Below, one piece after another: positions 22,827-36,889 of a stretch of DNA of 64,000 nucleotides. The position numbers and the translations under genes were made by a program. The stretch is from Mustelus asterias (taxonomy: Eukaryota), in the NCBI RefSeq assembly GCF_964213995.1, contig NW_027590623.1, forward strand, positions 62,001 to 126,000. The letters are read 5' to 3'. The stretch's first letter is position 1. Each line of letters starts with the position of its first letter. The notes under the pieces are model-generated. The model was not told the origin of the DNA, did not search any database, and worked only from the letters and a program-made list of their open reading frames with translations.

Positions 22827-25744
22827 TGATCCCGGCAGGATTTACTGTTTGATAATCCAGCTGTTTGGCCCCGTTATGAGCACACCTTCCATGGCCATCA
22901 AGTCCGGAAGTCGGCCTTGAACCCTTGAAGAATGAGAGGCGATCCCATTGAAACAGACTTAAAATTCTTACAGGGTGTGACAGGGTGGATGTAGATTGGA
23001 TGTTTCCCCTGGCTGGTGAGACTAGAACCAGGGGACACAATCTCAGAATCAGGGGCAGACCATTGAAGACTGAGGTGAGGAGGAATTTCTTCACTCAGAG
23101 GGTGGTGAATCTTTGGAATTTTCTATTCCAGGGGGATGTGGAAGCCCAATCATTGAGCATGTTCAAGACGCAAATCGATTGTGTGAAATAAAATAGGAAT
23201 CTGTGTGTGTTAGTGTGTGTGTGTGTGTGTGTGTCTGTGTGTGTTTGTGTGTGTGTCTGTTTGTGTGTGTGTGTGTGTGTGTGCGTGGACATGTTTCCGT
23301 GTGTGTTTATTACTGTGTGCGTCTGAGTGTTACTGGGTGAGAATATCTGTTTCTGTGTGTTTTCATGGAATCCTAGACTCCTGCAGTGCAGAAGGAGGCC
23401 ATTTGGCCCATTGAGTCTGTACCGACCACAATCCCACTCAGGCCCTATCCCCATTACCCCATGCATTTACCCAAGCTAGTCTCCCTGACGCGGAGGGACA
23501 ATTTAGCACGGCCAATGCACCCGAACCAGAACGTCTTTCAGACTGTAGGAGGAAACCGGGGCACCCGGAGGAAACCCACGCAGACACGGGGAGAACGTGC
23601 AAACTCCGCACAGACAGTGACCCAAGCCGGGAACCGAACCCGACTCCCTGGCACTGTGAGGCAGCAGTGCTAACTGTGTGTTTGATGTGTGTGTGTGTGT
23701 TTCTGTGTGTGTGTGTGTTTCTGTGTGTTGGTGTGTGTGCTTTTTGTGCGTGTTTTATGTGTGTTTGTGTGTGCGTGCTTTGTGTGTGTGCATGTTTTGT
23801 GTGTGTTGGAGTGTGCGTGTTTTGTGTGTGTTGGAGTGTGCGTGCTTTGTGTGTGTTGGTGTGTGCGTGCTTTGTGTGTGTGTGTGTTGGTGTGTGCGTG
23901 CTTTGTGTGTGCGTGTTTTGTGTGTGTTGGTGTGTGCGTGTTTTGTGTGTGTGCGTGTTTTGTGTGTGTTGGTGTGCGCGTGTTTTGTGTGTGCGTGTTT
24001 TGTGTGTGTTGGTGTGTGCGTGCTTTGTGTGTGTGCGTGTTTTGTGTGTGTTGGTGTGTGTGTTTTGTGTGCGTACGTGCACCATGATCTGTTTGAATGC
24101 TGGCGCAGGATCGATGGGCCAAATGGCCTACACCTGCTCCTATTTTCCTTTGAGATTTAAATACATTGACACACATGCACGCTGACACACACACACAGAA
24201 AGATATACACAGTGTGGACGTATTTATTGACCACTTAATGTGACTGAATGCTACACATCCCAGTTTACCAAAGACACACAATATTCAGCAGCATTGTAAA
24301 CAGCGCAGCTGGAAACATCAAATTGGGGATTTGGTTTGAAAAAGGGTCAAAGCCTCTCTTGCTAAAGGCTGTTTGTCTATATTGTGCTGACAGTGATACA
24401 CTGCCATCCTCTGCTGCCTGCTGGACACTGCTCCAGCCGCAGAGAGAGTGAAGTACATCAGAAACTCACTGGGAGAGAATGCAGCTTCACACAGTATCCA
24501 TCCAAAATGACAGGAGCATCAGCAACACACACAAGCTCCGTGTGGAGACTGAGAGGGGCTCAGTGTGGAACACAAACCTTCACACTAAACCTGGAAGGAC
24601 ATTGATAAAGAGTTTAAAACAAAACTTCAGCAAATGTTTTGAAACATTTTGGTCCGTGGAAAAGTGCAGTGTGTAAAAAGCTGAAGATGTTTCCATTTCA
24701 CATCTTCCTGCTTTGGGGAAATGGGAGTTATCTTTGCATTTACAAGGATATGGGGAGGGAGGTGTTTGAATGGACATTCAGCTTTTTGGGTGATTAAAGT
24801 GTTAATTTGTTTCCAGAAGCTGTTTACAGTGATTGTCCCGAGAGATTGTATTGTTTCAGTGATGTCGACGTCTCCAATACTTCAGACAGAGGAAGGAAAC
24901 AATATACAAAAGGAAAGATTGGGGGAATCACTACATTGAAGGTGTGAGGCCTCATCACTCTCTGTCTGGTTTTGTTCTGAAATCTTTACATTTTTAAACA
25001 CTGAAACCTCTTGCCCTTGTTGGGAATATCACTGTGGTTTGAGAAAAGCAAACACTGATCCCACACTAAACACCCCCCCAACACAGGACTGAGCAGAGAG
25101 TGTGAAATGTGACTGGTGTCAGAGTGGATTGTCAAACTGACAGAAGGGATTTGAAAAATCTCTAAATGATTCATTGATTAAAAACTCTAACATTAATGTC
25201 CCGCATCATAAACATCTGCTTCATTATTGTATCTTTCTTTTACAGATCAAGTGATGGGTTGAATTTTGGACGGTGTAGATTTCCCTCAGCTGATTATTAA
25301 GATTCCTGATTGACACAAATACAATATCTGCTGTCGGTGACTCCAACAGTGAAATTCTCTCAGTTTATCATTCTGAATCTGTCACTGAGACAATTGTGGG
25401 CGGTAGTTCAGTTTTCAGTGTGAAATGTATACGGTAACTTTTGTTGTTCTGTAATTGTAGTTAATAGTTTTCCTGTAGTTTAAATCTCAGGTATAAATTA
25501 ATAACTTTTCTCGTTCCTTATTCACAATTGTTCATTTCCCGTGATGTTGAGCTCTGGTTTTCTCTTTCTGGTGTCTGGTACAGCTGTACAGATATTGGGC
25601 AGTTCAGAGCGGGGGGGTTCTGATCTCATTGTGAAGCTCAAAGGTCAGATTCACTTTTGTTAACTTTAAAATCAATTTTCCTGTCAAATATTCTCTGAAT
25701 TTGTAAATAAATATTGAATGGAAAATAAAATCTGACTTTGCCAA

Positions 25745-26470
25745 ACTCTCTTTCTGTATTTCTCTGTTGGTGTGTTTATGTGTGTGTCTCTCTGTCTCTA
25801 TCTCTCTGTGTATCTGTGCGTCTCTCTGTGTATCTGTGCGTCTCTCTGTGTCTCTATCTCTCTGTGTATCTGTGTGTCTCTCTGTTTCTATCTCACTGTG
25901 TATCTGTGTGTCTCGCTGTCTCTATCTCTCTGTGTATCTGTGTGTCTCTCTGTCTCTCTGTGTCTCTATCTCTCTGTGTGTCTGTGTGTCTCTCTGTTTC
26001 TATCTCTCTGTGTATCTGTGTGTCTCTCTGTGTCTCTATCTCTGTGTCTCTATCTGTCTGTGTGTCTCTCTGTCTCTATCTCTCTGTGTATCTGTGTGTC
26101 TCTCTATCTCTCTGTGTGTCTGTGTGTCTCTCTGTTTCTATCTCTCTGTGTATCTGTGTGTCTCTTTGTGTCTCTATCTCTCTGTGTCTCTATCTCTCTG
26201 TGTATCTGTCTCTGTATTTCTCTGTATCTGTGTCTCTCTCTGTATATTTGTATATTTCACTCTGTCTCTGTGTTTGTGTCTCTCTCTTTGTTTCTCTCTA
26301 TCTCTATTTCTCTGTATCTGTGTGTCTCTCTGTCTCTGTACTTCTCTGGATCTGTGTCTCTCTCTCTGCCTCTGTGTGTATATCTCTCTATGTATCTGTG
26401 TGTGTCTCTCTGTCTCTGCATTTCTCTGTATCTGTCTCTGTCTCTGTGTTTCTCTGTCTCTGTGTGTCTC
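25745..26470. repeat. Long compound (CT/GT/AT) microsatellite (paralog 50583-51238; absent from pass 1)
   Basis: Units such as TCTCTCTGTGTATCTGTGTG; explains the 213-246 aa Ser/Leu/Val/Cys ORFs. Confidence 0.95.
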
Positions 26471-29400
26471 GAAGCTAAGGGCCTAGTATTTCAGGCTCTG
26501 ACCTGAACCCACAATCTCTCTGACTCTGAGCGAAGATTACTACATTGAAGGTGTGAGGCCTCATCACTTTCTGTCTGGTTTAGTTTTGTAATGTTTACAT
26601 GTTTAAACACTGAAACCTCTTGCCCTTGTTGGGAATATCACTGCGGTTTGAGAAAAGCAGACACTGATCCCGCACTAAACACCCCCCCAACACAGGACTG
26701 AGCAGAGTGTGTGAAATGTGACTGGTGCGAATGTGGATTGTCTTTTAAAAGTGGGTAAGAAACACTTCATTTTCAAATCTTTACCCTGCTTCTGTAGCGT
26801 CTCAGATTCCACCTAATCTGCACATCTTTGGACTGTGGAAGGAAACCGGGGCACCCGGAGGGAACCCACGCAGACACAGGGAGAATGTGCATACTCAACT
26901 CCCAACCGAGAATTGAACCCGGGTTCCTGGTGCTGTGAGGCAGCAGTGCTAAACACTGTCCACCATGTAGCCCTATCCCATGTATTGGGACACGGTGAAA
27001 AGTTTTGTTTCTTGCACGCTACACAGACAAAACATACCGTTCATAGAGTCCATTCGGGAGAAGGAGAGGAGAGGGTGCAGAATACAGTGTTGCAGTTACC
27101 GATAGGGTATAGAGAAAGATCAGCTTAATGTATGGTAGGTCCACTCAAAAATTAACATTCTGACCAAACACTAAAGCTTTCCACAAAACAAGGCTCACAA
27201 ATTCAACACCACTTTCCTTTGTCCGCTCTCCCATCATGCTGTGCGCGGAGGCTCCGATCAATGCTAAGGGCCTAGTATTTGAGGCTCTGAGCTGAACCCA
27301 CAATCTGTCTAATTCTGAGGGAAGATTACTGCCACTCAGATACAGCTGGCTGCAATATCCCCTTGAAATATATCTGTTGTGTACAGAGCCACATGTTTGT
27401 TTTCCCCTGTGTCTGCTGTCCTCAAAGAACTATTGAATAATCTAAACATCCGCATTAATTATCACAGAACAAGGCCAACATGGGGGAATCGAGTATCAGG
27501 TTTAAAAGTTTATTTATTAGTGTCACAAGTAGGGTTACATTAACACTGCAATGAAGTTACTGTGGAAAATCCGTAGTCGCCATGCTCTGGCGCCTGTTTG
27601 GGCAACTTGGGGAGAATTTAGCATGGCTGATACACCTAACCAGCGCGTCTTTCGAACTGTGGGAGGAAACCGCAGCACCCGGTGGAAACCCACGCAGACA
27701 CGGGGAGAATGTACAAACTCCACACTGACAGTGACCCAAGCCAGGAATCAAACCCGGGTCCCTGGCGCTGTGAGGCAGCAGTGTTAACCACTGTGCCACC
27801 CCTCATCGAAACATTGTGCAGTTGTGGAATGCACAGGATAGGAGGGATGTGATAGCACTGGAAAAGGTGCAGAGGAGATTCACCAGGATGTTGCCTGGCC
27901 TGGAGAGTTTTAGTTCATAGAATCATAGAATCCCTACAGTCCAGAATGAGGCCATTCAACCCATCAAATCTGCACGGACTCTTACCCAGGCTTACCCCGT
28001 AACCCCACGTATTTTCCCGCTGATCCCCCTAACCTATACATCGTGGGACCCTCAGGGCAATTTTGCATGGACAATGCACCCGGAGGAAACCCACGCAGAC
28101 ACGGGGAGAATGTGCAAACTCCACACAGACAGTAACCCGAGGCCGGAATTGAACCTGGGTCCCTGGCGCTGTGAGGCAGCAGTGCTAACCACTGTGCTAC
28201 CGTGCCGCCACTCGAACTGAAGAGAGATTTTATAGACTGAGGGTGTGATCTTACCACCTGTTGACGCCACACTCCCGCTCAGCGAGGTCGGAGAATCTGG
28301 TGACCAGCCAAATCTCCTTTCACTGCAGTGGGATGGGAAAATCCTGCCGGCCTGAACGGTGATAAGATTCCACCCTGGGGTTGTTTTCCGTGGAGCAGAG
28401 GAGGCTGAGGGGGAACATGATGGAGATGGATAAGATTATGAGGGACATCGATAGAGTAGACGGGAAGAAAGCTTTCCCCTTGGTGGTGGGATCAATGACC
28501 AGGGGGTATAGATTTAGGGTAAGGGGCAGGAGGTTTACAGGGGATGTGAGGAAAACCTTTTTCACCCAGAGGGTGGTGGGAGTCTGGAACTCTCTGCCTG
28601 AAAGGGTGGTGGAGGCAGAGACCCTCAGAACGTTTAAGAAGTGCTTAGCTATGCATTTGCAATGCCAAGGCTTACCAGGCCGTGAGCCAAGTTGGGTGGT
28701 TTGTCTTTGACCGGCACAGATGCAATGGGCCGAAGGGCCTTTTCTGTTCTCTGGACCTCCATTGCTAAAACACAACCTCACTGACCCAGCTTCTGGTCAT
28801 CCATCCAAATCTCTCCCTCCGCAGCTCGGGGACAAATCCTGCCACGCAATCTTCCTTTGAAGTGCCTTTGGACATTTCATTCTCCGTGATGACTTGTCCG
28901 GATAGTGGCTGCTGTTGTTGTGTTTGTCTCAGTGTCAGCTCAGAAGCATGGACAACATGTTAGAAATGGCCGTCTCCCAGTGAGTGTGAGGACAGGGCAG
29001 GCTTTGAGCGAGGCCTGGGCCGCTCCCTGAAGGACACAGGGCCACCATTGTGCTTTTTGCTGACAAACAGAAAGCTTTCACCCCTCTCACTCTCTCTCTC
29101 GTGTCTCATCTCACTCACATTCTGCCCCTTCCATTCACTCTGTGCTGCTTTCTGGAGGAGGCTGCCAGCTTTATCCGCCACAGAGCATCTGCCAACAAGA
29201 ACATCAGATGAAACCTTCCATTCCCCAAGTCCCTCTTTCCTCTCTGCTCCTCGCTGTCTTTCCAGAGGAAATGGGATGGGAAGCTGATGGGAAAAGATTT
29301 GCAGGGCTCCAGGGACAAGGTGGAGCAGTGGGACTGGCTCGATTGCTCTAGCAGAGAGTCGACACCAGCTGAATGGGCTGAATGGCCTCCTTCATTCTGT

Positions 29401-29994
29401 GGCTATTCTATGGTTGACACACAATAGATAGTCAATATCTTTTCCCAAAGGTACGGGAGTCTAAAACTCGAGGGCATGGGTTTAAGGTGAGAGGGGAGAC
29501 ATATAAAAGTGTCCAGAGGGGCAATCTTTTCACACAGAGAGTGATGAGCGTCTGGAACAAGCTGCCAGAGGTAGTAGTAGAGATGGACACAATTTTATCT
29601 TTTAAAAAGCATTTAGACAGTTACATGGGTAAGATAGATATAGAGGGATATGGGTCAAATGTGGGGAATTGGGACCAGCTTAGGGGTTAAAAGAAAAAGG
29701 GCAGCATGACAAGTTGGGCCAAAGGGCCTGTTTCCCTGCAGTAAACATCTATGACACTCTGACAACTTGTCATTTGGGTCTCAACTTCAAGTTTCTAGGT
29801 GTCCAGATCACCAACAACCTGTCCTGGTCCCCCCATGCCGACACTATAATTGAGAAAGCCCACCAACACGTCTACTTTCTCAGGAGGCTGAGGAAATTTG
29901 GCATGTCAGCTACGACTCTCACCAACCTCTACAGATGCACCATAGAAAGCATCCTTTCTGTATCACGGCTTGGTATGGTTTCTGCTCTGTCCAA

Positions 29995-30710
29995 CAACAA
30001 ACAAACAAAGAACAGTACAGCACAGGAAACAGGCCCTTCGGCCCTCCAAGCCTGTGCCGCTCCTTGGTCCAACTAGACCAATTGTTTGTGTCCCTCCATT
30101 CCCAGGCTGCTCATGTGACTATCCAGGTAAGTCTTAAACGATGTCAGCGTGCCTGCCTCCACCACCCTACTTGGCAGCCCATTCCAGGCCCCCACCACCC
30201 TCTGTGTAAAAAAACGTCCCTCTGATATCTGAGTTATACTTCGCCCCTCTCAGCTTGAGCCCGTGACCCCTCGTGATCGTCACCTCCGACCTGGGAAAAA
30301 GCTTCCCACTGTTCACCCTATCTATACCCTTCATAATCTTGTACACCTCTATTAGATCTCCCCTCATTCTCCGTCTTTCCAAGGAGAACAACCCCAGTCT
30401 ACCCAATCTCTCCTCATAGCTAAGACCCTCCATACCAGGCAACATCCTGGTAAACCTTCTCTGCACTCTCTCTAACGCCTCCACGTCCTTCTGGTAGTGC
30501 GGCGACCAGAACTGGACGCAGTATTCCAAATGTGGCCTAACCAGCGTTCTATACAGCTGCATCATCAGACTCCAGCTTTTATACTCTATACCCCGTCCTA
30601 TAAAGGCAAGCATACCATATGCCTTCTTCACCACCTTCTCCACCTGTGTTGCCACCTTCAAGGATTTGTGGACTTGCACACCCAGGTCCCTCTGTGTTTC
30701 TATACTCCTG
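29995..30710 (-). mobile_element. Young 5'-truncated CR1-type LINE insertion unique to pass 2
   Basis: Interrupts TCTGTCCAA|GA(C/T)TGCAAG, which is uninterrupted at ~6570-6588 and ~54757-54775. Open 170-aa ORF2 C-terminal frame (30167..30679); (TTTG)n tail. Confidence 0.93.
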
Positions 30711-31763
30711 AAGATTGCAAGAAATTACAAAAGGTTGTGAATGTAGCCCCGTCCATCACGCAGACTAGCCTCCCATTCATTGACTCTGTCTACACTTCCC
30801 GCGGCCTTAGAAAAGCAGCCAGCATAATTAAGGACCTGATGCACACATTCTCTCTTCCACCTTCTTCCGTCAGGAAAAAGATACAAAGTCTGAGATCACG
30901 TACCAACCGACTCAAGAACTTCCCGGCTGTCCTCAGACTTTTGAATGGACCTGCTACATATTAGATTTATCTTTCTCTACACCCTACCTATGACTGCAAC
31001 ACTACATTCTGCACCCTCTCTTTTACTTCTCCCCGATGTACTCTATGAACGGTATGTTTTGTCTGTACAGCATACAAGAAACAATACTTTTCACTGTATC
31101 CCAAGACATGCGACAATAATAAATCAAATCAAATCAAAATCCTCCCAATTCTTTCCTCCACGATAGGTCGCAGCATTTAAAGAACACGCCCAGGGCCCAG
31201 TGCTGAGTCTGAGGGTATCTGACTACAGTAAGGTGAGTGATACAGGAGGGTCTCACTGTCTGAGGGAGGTGAGTCTTAGCCGGGGGGTGCGTGAGTGACC
31301 CAGGTTAATCTGACACTCCAGGGACAGTTGGAATGGAGCTTTCCCCCGGGCTGTCCCCTCCCCGTGTCTGCGTGGGTTTCCTCCGGGTGCTCCGGTTTCC
31401 TCCCACAGTCTGAAAGATGTGCCGGTTAGGGTGCATTGGCCGTGCTAAATTCTCCCTCAGTGTAACCCGAACAGGCGCCGGAGTGTGGGCGACTAGGGGA
31501 TTCTCACAGTAACTTCATTGTAGTGTTAATGTAAGCCTACTTCTGACACTAATAAATAAACTGAAACTGAAGGTCAAGGTGCTGCTGTGACAATGCACTC
31601 TTGTTTAAACACTCTGCAATGCTGAGACTGGGAGAAGTGACCACCAGGGGGCAGCATTGCAGCTTCTGTCCCCCTATTGAAACTGGGATTGTTGCTCCAT
31701 CTGCTGCACAATCCCAACCCCATCCACTGGGGGCAATCTGGACAATGGCTGCAGACAGACCTC

Positions 31764-32249
31764 ACTGCGCGTGCGCCGCAATGACACCCACCGCCGGCGG
31801 CCATCTTGCGTTGCCAAGGGAGACGGCCAGCGGCCATATTCCGTTGCCAAGGGAGACGGCGGCGGCGACCATCTTGCGTTGCCAGGGGAGACGGCATCAA
31901 TGCGGCGGCGTCCGCGCGCGCTGACCTCTGGGAGCATTCCCGTCCCGCACATGCGCACAGGCAGCCCTTCCCCCTCGACTGACCGCCCCTGTTGTCCCGC
32001 CAACGAGCATGGGCCGGGCCGGAGTGGGTAAGAGGTGACACTGGGGAGGAGCAGCCCCCCCCGGGAGCGTTACAGCGACGCCTGGTGGCCAGGAAGGGCA
32101 ATAGCAGCAGCACAGTCTCTGCCCAAAGGCTTCCCCAGTTCAGCTGCTCAGAGACACTGGGAATGTCTTCAAGTGGAAACTTCAGCTTCTCACATTCACC
32201 CCCTGTGTTCAGTCATTGTTTCCTAGGCAACCTCTGTAGTGACATCACA
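31764..32249. promoter_or_regulatory. CpG-island promoter-like region, second copy
   Basis: Paralog of 7640-8125; GC box altered (CCCTTCCCC); X-box at 32218-32231 intact. Confidence 0.65.
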
Positions 32250-32652
32250 AACAACTTGTTCACATTGAAGGCCATGGCAATCTGGACCATTCGGCTTCAA
32301 AGCCATTGAGCTTTGAAACTTCAATCGAAATGTTGGAGATGAGAGTTTATCGATGCAAGTCATGTTGCATGTGGAACGCTCACGATGCCACAATTAGAGC
32401 GGTGCAGACATCTCACAGGGTTGTGTGACTGGAGGAGATGTCAGAGACGGGCTGGTTAAATATAGAGGGACAGGGTCTGAAGCTAAGTTTTGGGTAAAAG
32501 GTGGCAGTGATGTTGTGACATTAATTTAGCTTCAGATAGTTGCTGGGGAGGGGGATAGAGAGGTTGGGGAGCGATGTTTGTATTGGGGCAATCTCTCTCT
32601 CTCTCATCATGTATATATATCAATCCATCTCTCACTCTCTATCTCTCTTTAC

Positions 32653-32822
32653 CCATTGTGTCCAGAGTCTTGTGAAGGCGCAGACCGGTGGCAGGTCATT
32701 GCTGCCGAGGAGGACAGCCTTCAGCGCACTGGACCTGCGTTGCTGCACGGACAGCTCGAGGCACCTCTGCCTCCGACACCATCACCTTCCACACGTGTGT
32801 CTCTTCTGGACTGTGTGTGTGT
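32653..32822 (-). pseudogene. Degenerate RI-type LRR exon remnant, second copy
   Basis: Identical by eye to 8531-8700 at offset 24122. Confidence 0.5.
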
Positions 32823-34937
32823 CGTGTGTGACTGGTGGGGACTATACAAAGGGTTGTGAATGAAGCCCAGTCCATCACGCAAACCAGCCTCCCATCCATT
32901 GACTGTCTACACTTCCCGCTGCCCCGGAAAAGCAGCCAGCATAATTAAGGACCCCACGCACCTGGACATTCTCTCTTCCACCTTCTTCTGTCGGAAAAAT
33001 ACACAAAGGTCTGAGGTTATGTACCAACCGACTCAAAAACAGCTTCTTCCCTGCTGCCATCAGACTTTTGAATGGATCTGCCTCACACTAAGTTGATCTT
33101 TCTCTACACTCTCGCTATGACTGTCACACTATATTCTGCACTCTCTCCTTTCCTTCTCTATGAATGGTATACCTTGTCTGTAGAGTGCACAAGAAACAAT
33201 ACTTTTCACTGTATATCAATGTGATAAGAATAAATCAAGTCAAACTGAAGTGAGTAAAGATATTGATGTATCCACCCTGGTAATGGACAGTGCAGAGGCA
33301 GGAAAAGTGCCCGAAACATCATGATAAAAGTTCACCCCAGAGGAAATAAGAGCTCCAAGGGTTAATGACAATTAACACTGAGTAGCTGCTCATTTTAATT
33401 TAAGGGGCTTCATAGAAATCATAGAAACCCTACAGTGCAGAAGGAGGCCATTCGGCCCATCGAGGCTGCACTGACCACAATCCCACCCAGGCCCTACCCC
33501 CCACATATTTACCCGCTAATCCCACTAACCTACGCATCTCAGGACTCTAAGGGGCAATTTTTAACCCGGCCAATCAACCTAACCCGCACATCTTTGGACT
33601 GTGGGAGGAAACCGGAGCACCCGGAGGAAACCCACGCAGACACGAGGAGAATGTGCAAACTCCACACAGACAGTGACCCGAGCCGGGAATCGAACCCAGG
33701 AGCTGTGAAGCAGCAGTGCTAACCACTGTGCTACCGTGCCGCCCATTGCTGAGACAGAACAAGATGTAACAACGGCAGAGTTCAGGGAAGTTGACAAATT
33801 ATTTAAAAACACATTATTTAAACCCCCTCAAATGATTCAAATGAGTAGTTTGTGAGTGACGAGATAGACTCAATATTAGAAAACAAAATGAAAGTCCAGA
33901 ATGAATAAGTTTTGACATCACTGGAAAGAAATTAAATAAAACTCAATCTGAATGAGATCAGGAGAAACTCCAGGGTTATGAAAAGTTCAAAGACCAAACA
34001 GGAGCAGCAAACCATTTTGCTTAAACATCAGAAGTATTTGAATGAAATTCTGAAAATGGTTGAAGAAAATTTGGGCCAATGACCCACAGCAGGTTAGCGT
34101 GTGGAAATACTGGGAAAATACCTGGAACAAGAGACTGAGCATTTACAGACAAGAGCTGGGAAATGGAAGTTTTGCCTCGGAGAATAAATGGAACTAAGGA
34201 GGATTCTCCAAAAGGACAGTGGCAGCACGGTGGCACAGTGGTTACCACTTCTGCCTCACGGCACCAGGGACCCGGGTTCCATTCCCAGCTCGGGTCACTG
34301 TCTGTGCGGAGTTGGCACATTCTCCCCGTGTCTTTGTGGGTTTCCTCCGGGTGCTCCGGTTTCCACCCACAGTCCAAAGATGTGCGGGTTGGGTGGATTG
34401 GCCATGATAAATTGACCCTTAGCGACAAGCTAGGGTAAATATATGGGGATAGGGCCTGGGTGGGATTGTGGGTTGGTGCAGACTCGTTGGGCCGAATGGC
34501 CTCCTCTGCACTGCAGGGATTCTATGCATATTGTGGTTTAGACAAAAATACTGTGTTTACCCCAGTCCAACGCCGGCATCTCCACATCATGTTCTGCCTG
34601 AGTCAGAGGTGGAAGAAGATTCCATCAAGAGGAAATTGAATGGGAAGCTGAAGGGAAAATATTGACAGGGTTACGGGGAGAGGGTGGAGGATTGGGAATA
34701 GTGAAACTGCTCTTGCAGTGTGTCGATCCAGGCTTGACGGGCTGAATGGCCTCCTGTGCTGTCACCATTCTATGATTCACACACAAGTTAACTTCTCAGT
34801 GTCGATTAGGCCCCACTCGTTCCTCCATGATCAGTTCCAGCATTTCAAGTTCAGATCTCAGTACTTTTTAGTTGGGGCATTGAGGAGTAAAACAGAAAGA
34901 GGAATGAGAGTGTCGGTGCGCTTATGTTTTTGTATTT

Positions 34938-34971
<34 letters not shown>

Positions 34972-36889
34972 CAGTTTCTAAGTGTGTGCAAGTGTCTATT
35001 TCAATGTGTGCTTCTGTGTGTGTGATTGTGAGTGAGTGTGTGTCTCTCTCTCTCTGTCTTTGTGCATGTGTGTCTGTGAGTGTGTGTTTGTGTCCCTCTG
35101 CGTGTGTGTCCGTGAGTGTCTGTGTGTTTCTCTCTTTGCCTGTGTGTCTGTGTGTGTGTCTCTCTCTGTGTCTTTGTGCATGTGTGTCTGTGAGTGTCTG
35201 TTTGTGTCTCTCTGCGTGTGTCCGTGAGTGTGTGTTTGTGTCTCTGTGTGTGTGTGTCCGTGAGTGTCTGCGTGCCTCTCTCTTTGTCTGTGTGTGTGTG
35301 TGTATGTGTGTGTGTGTGTGTGTGTTATGATCTGTTTGAGTGGGGGAGCAGGCTCGATGGGTCAAATGGCCTCCAACTGCACATATTTGAGATTCAAATA
35401 CATTGACACACATGCATGCTGACACACAGACACAGACAGACACACACACACACACAGACACACACAGACAGACACACACAGACACACACACAGACACACA
35501 CACACACACAGAGAAAGATATACACAGTATTGACATATTTATTGACCATTTAATGTGACTGAATGCTACACATCCTGGTTTGCCGATGACACAAAACATT
35601 AGACAGCATTGTAAGCAGCATAGCTGGAAACATCACATTGCAAAGAGTTATTCATATTTTGTACATGGACAAAACTGGTGGAGAGGTTTCAGTGCAGGGA
35701 AATGTAATTTGACACAACTTAGATTTAAAAGGGATAGAACAACATACTTTAATAAATGATGAAATGACAGAAACAGTGGAAGCTCCAAATGTCCAGATAT
35801 TTCACAGCTGAATTCACACAATACACACAGCAATGGATCTGATATTGCGGAATTGTTGTAAATGTGGTGAATCTCAGTACGGAGGCTGTCTTCATGTTAC
35901 AATGTTAATCTGATCACTCTCATCAAAACAGGATCAACATTTCTGTACAATGTGAGTGAATCATCAGCTCAAATAGTTCAGGTTCAATGTTTAAAATAAC
36001 CAGTCACTTTTCTGTGGCTGCTTTGGGAGTGTCAGTGGAATGTAGTTCACAGTAAAGTGTGAACAATTGTATTGGGGAATAATTGGAAGCAGTTTCCATT
36101 GAGAGCTTCCTGCATTCTGGAAATGTGTGTGATCCATTCAGAGATAGGAAATGGACGGATGAATAAAGATGCAGTTTGTTGTTAATTACATGAGATTGTC
36201 TGCCTTGAAGATTCACAAGTTCCATGTGCTGAGAGAAAGGAATGATTAAACAATGTCTATAATTCAAATCCTTCAGACAAGTGAAAAAGCAGGAGAATAA
36301 CTGAATCCACAAACGCTGCCACAGACAGTATTCGAAGCTTCAACTTCATGTTTGAATGTGAAGGCCTGATTGAAATAAACAGGAGGCCACACTGGGATGC
36401 TGAGCAATTTGATTCCTGTTTTTCCTAAACTTCAAAATAAAAATCTGTGATGAAACATTCCTTGGACAGAGCAGAGGGAATTTTACTCTGTATTTAGCCC
36501 ATTACAGTATTTGTGTTGGGAACATTTGATGAACAGTGCAGATAAAACATTATTCTTAACCGCTGGAATTTAAGTTGGGGGCTGATTTAATCAAACATTG
36601 AAAATAATGAGGGAAAGGGAGAGGCTGATAAAGAACAAGTTTTTCTGCTGTCTGGGAACTCCAGGATTTGGGAATATTTGAATGTTAGTCTCAGTTTAGA
36701 ATTTTAGAATTGTAGAAATGGAAACATTGCCAGATGTGGTGTGGAGTTAGTTTGAAACAATCTTCTGCAAATGGCTATTGATGCTCAGTCACTTGTTATT
36801 ATTTTAAATCTGGGGTTGATAGATTTTCCTTAGTCCAAGGGGTTAAGAGACAGAGAGTTAGATCCCAGATCAGCCAGGATCTTATTGAA

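Noticed and set aside
24967-25005. Inverted RSS-like TGGTTTTGT-23-CACTGAA
   Set aside because: Heptamer lacks the essential terminal GTG (CAC on the other strand).
23438-26506. Long Cys/Val/Leu/Ser- or His/Thr-rich ORFs (also 10873-11255, 34922-35599, 50576-51274)
   Set aside because: Translations of dinucleotide microsatellites.
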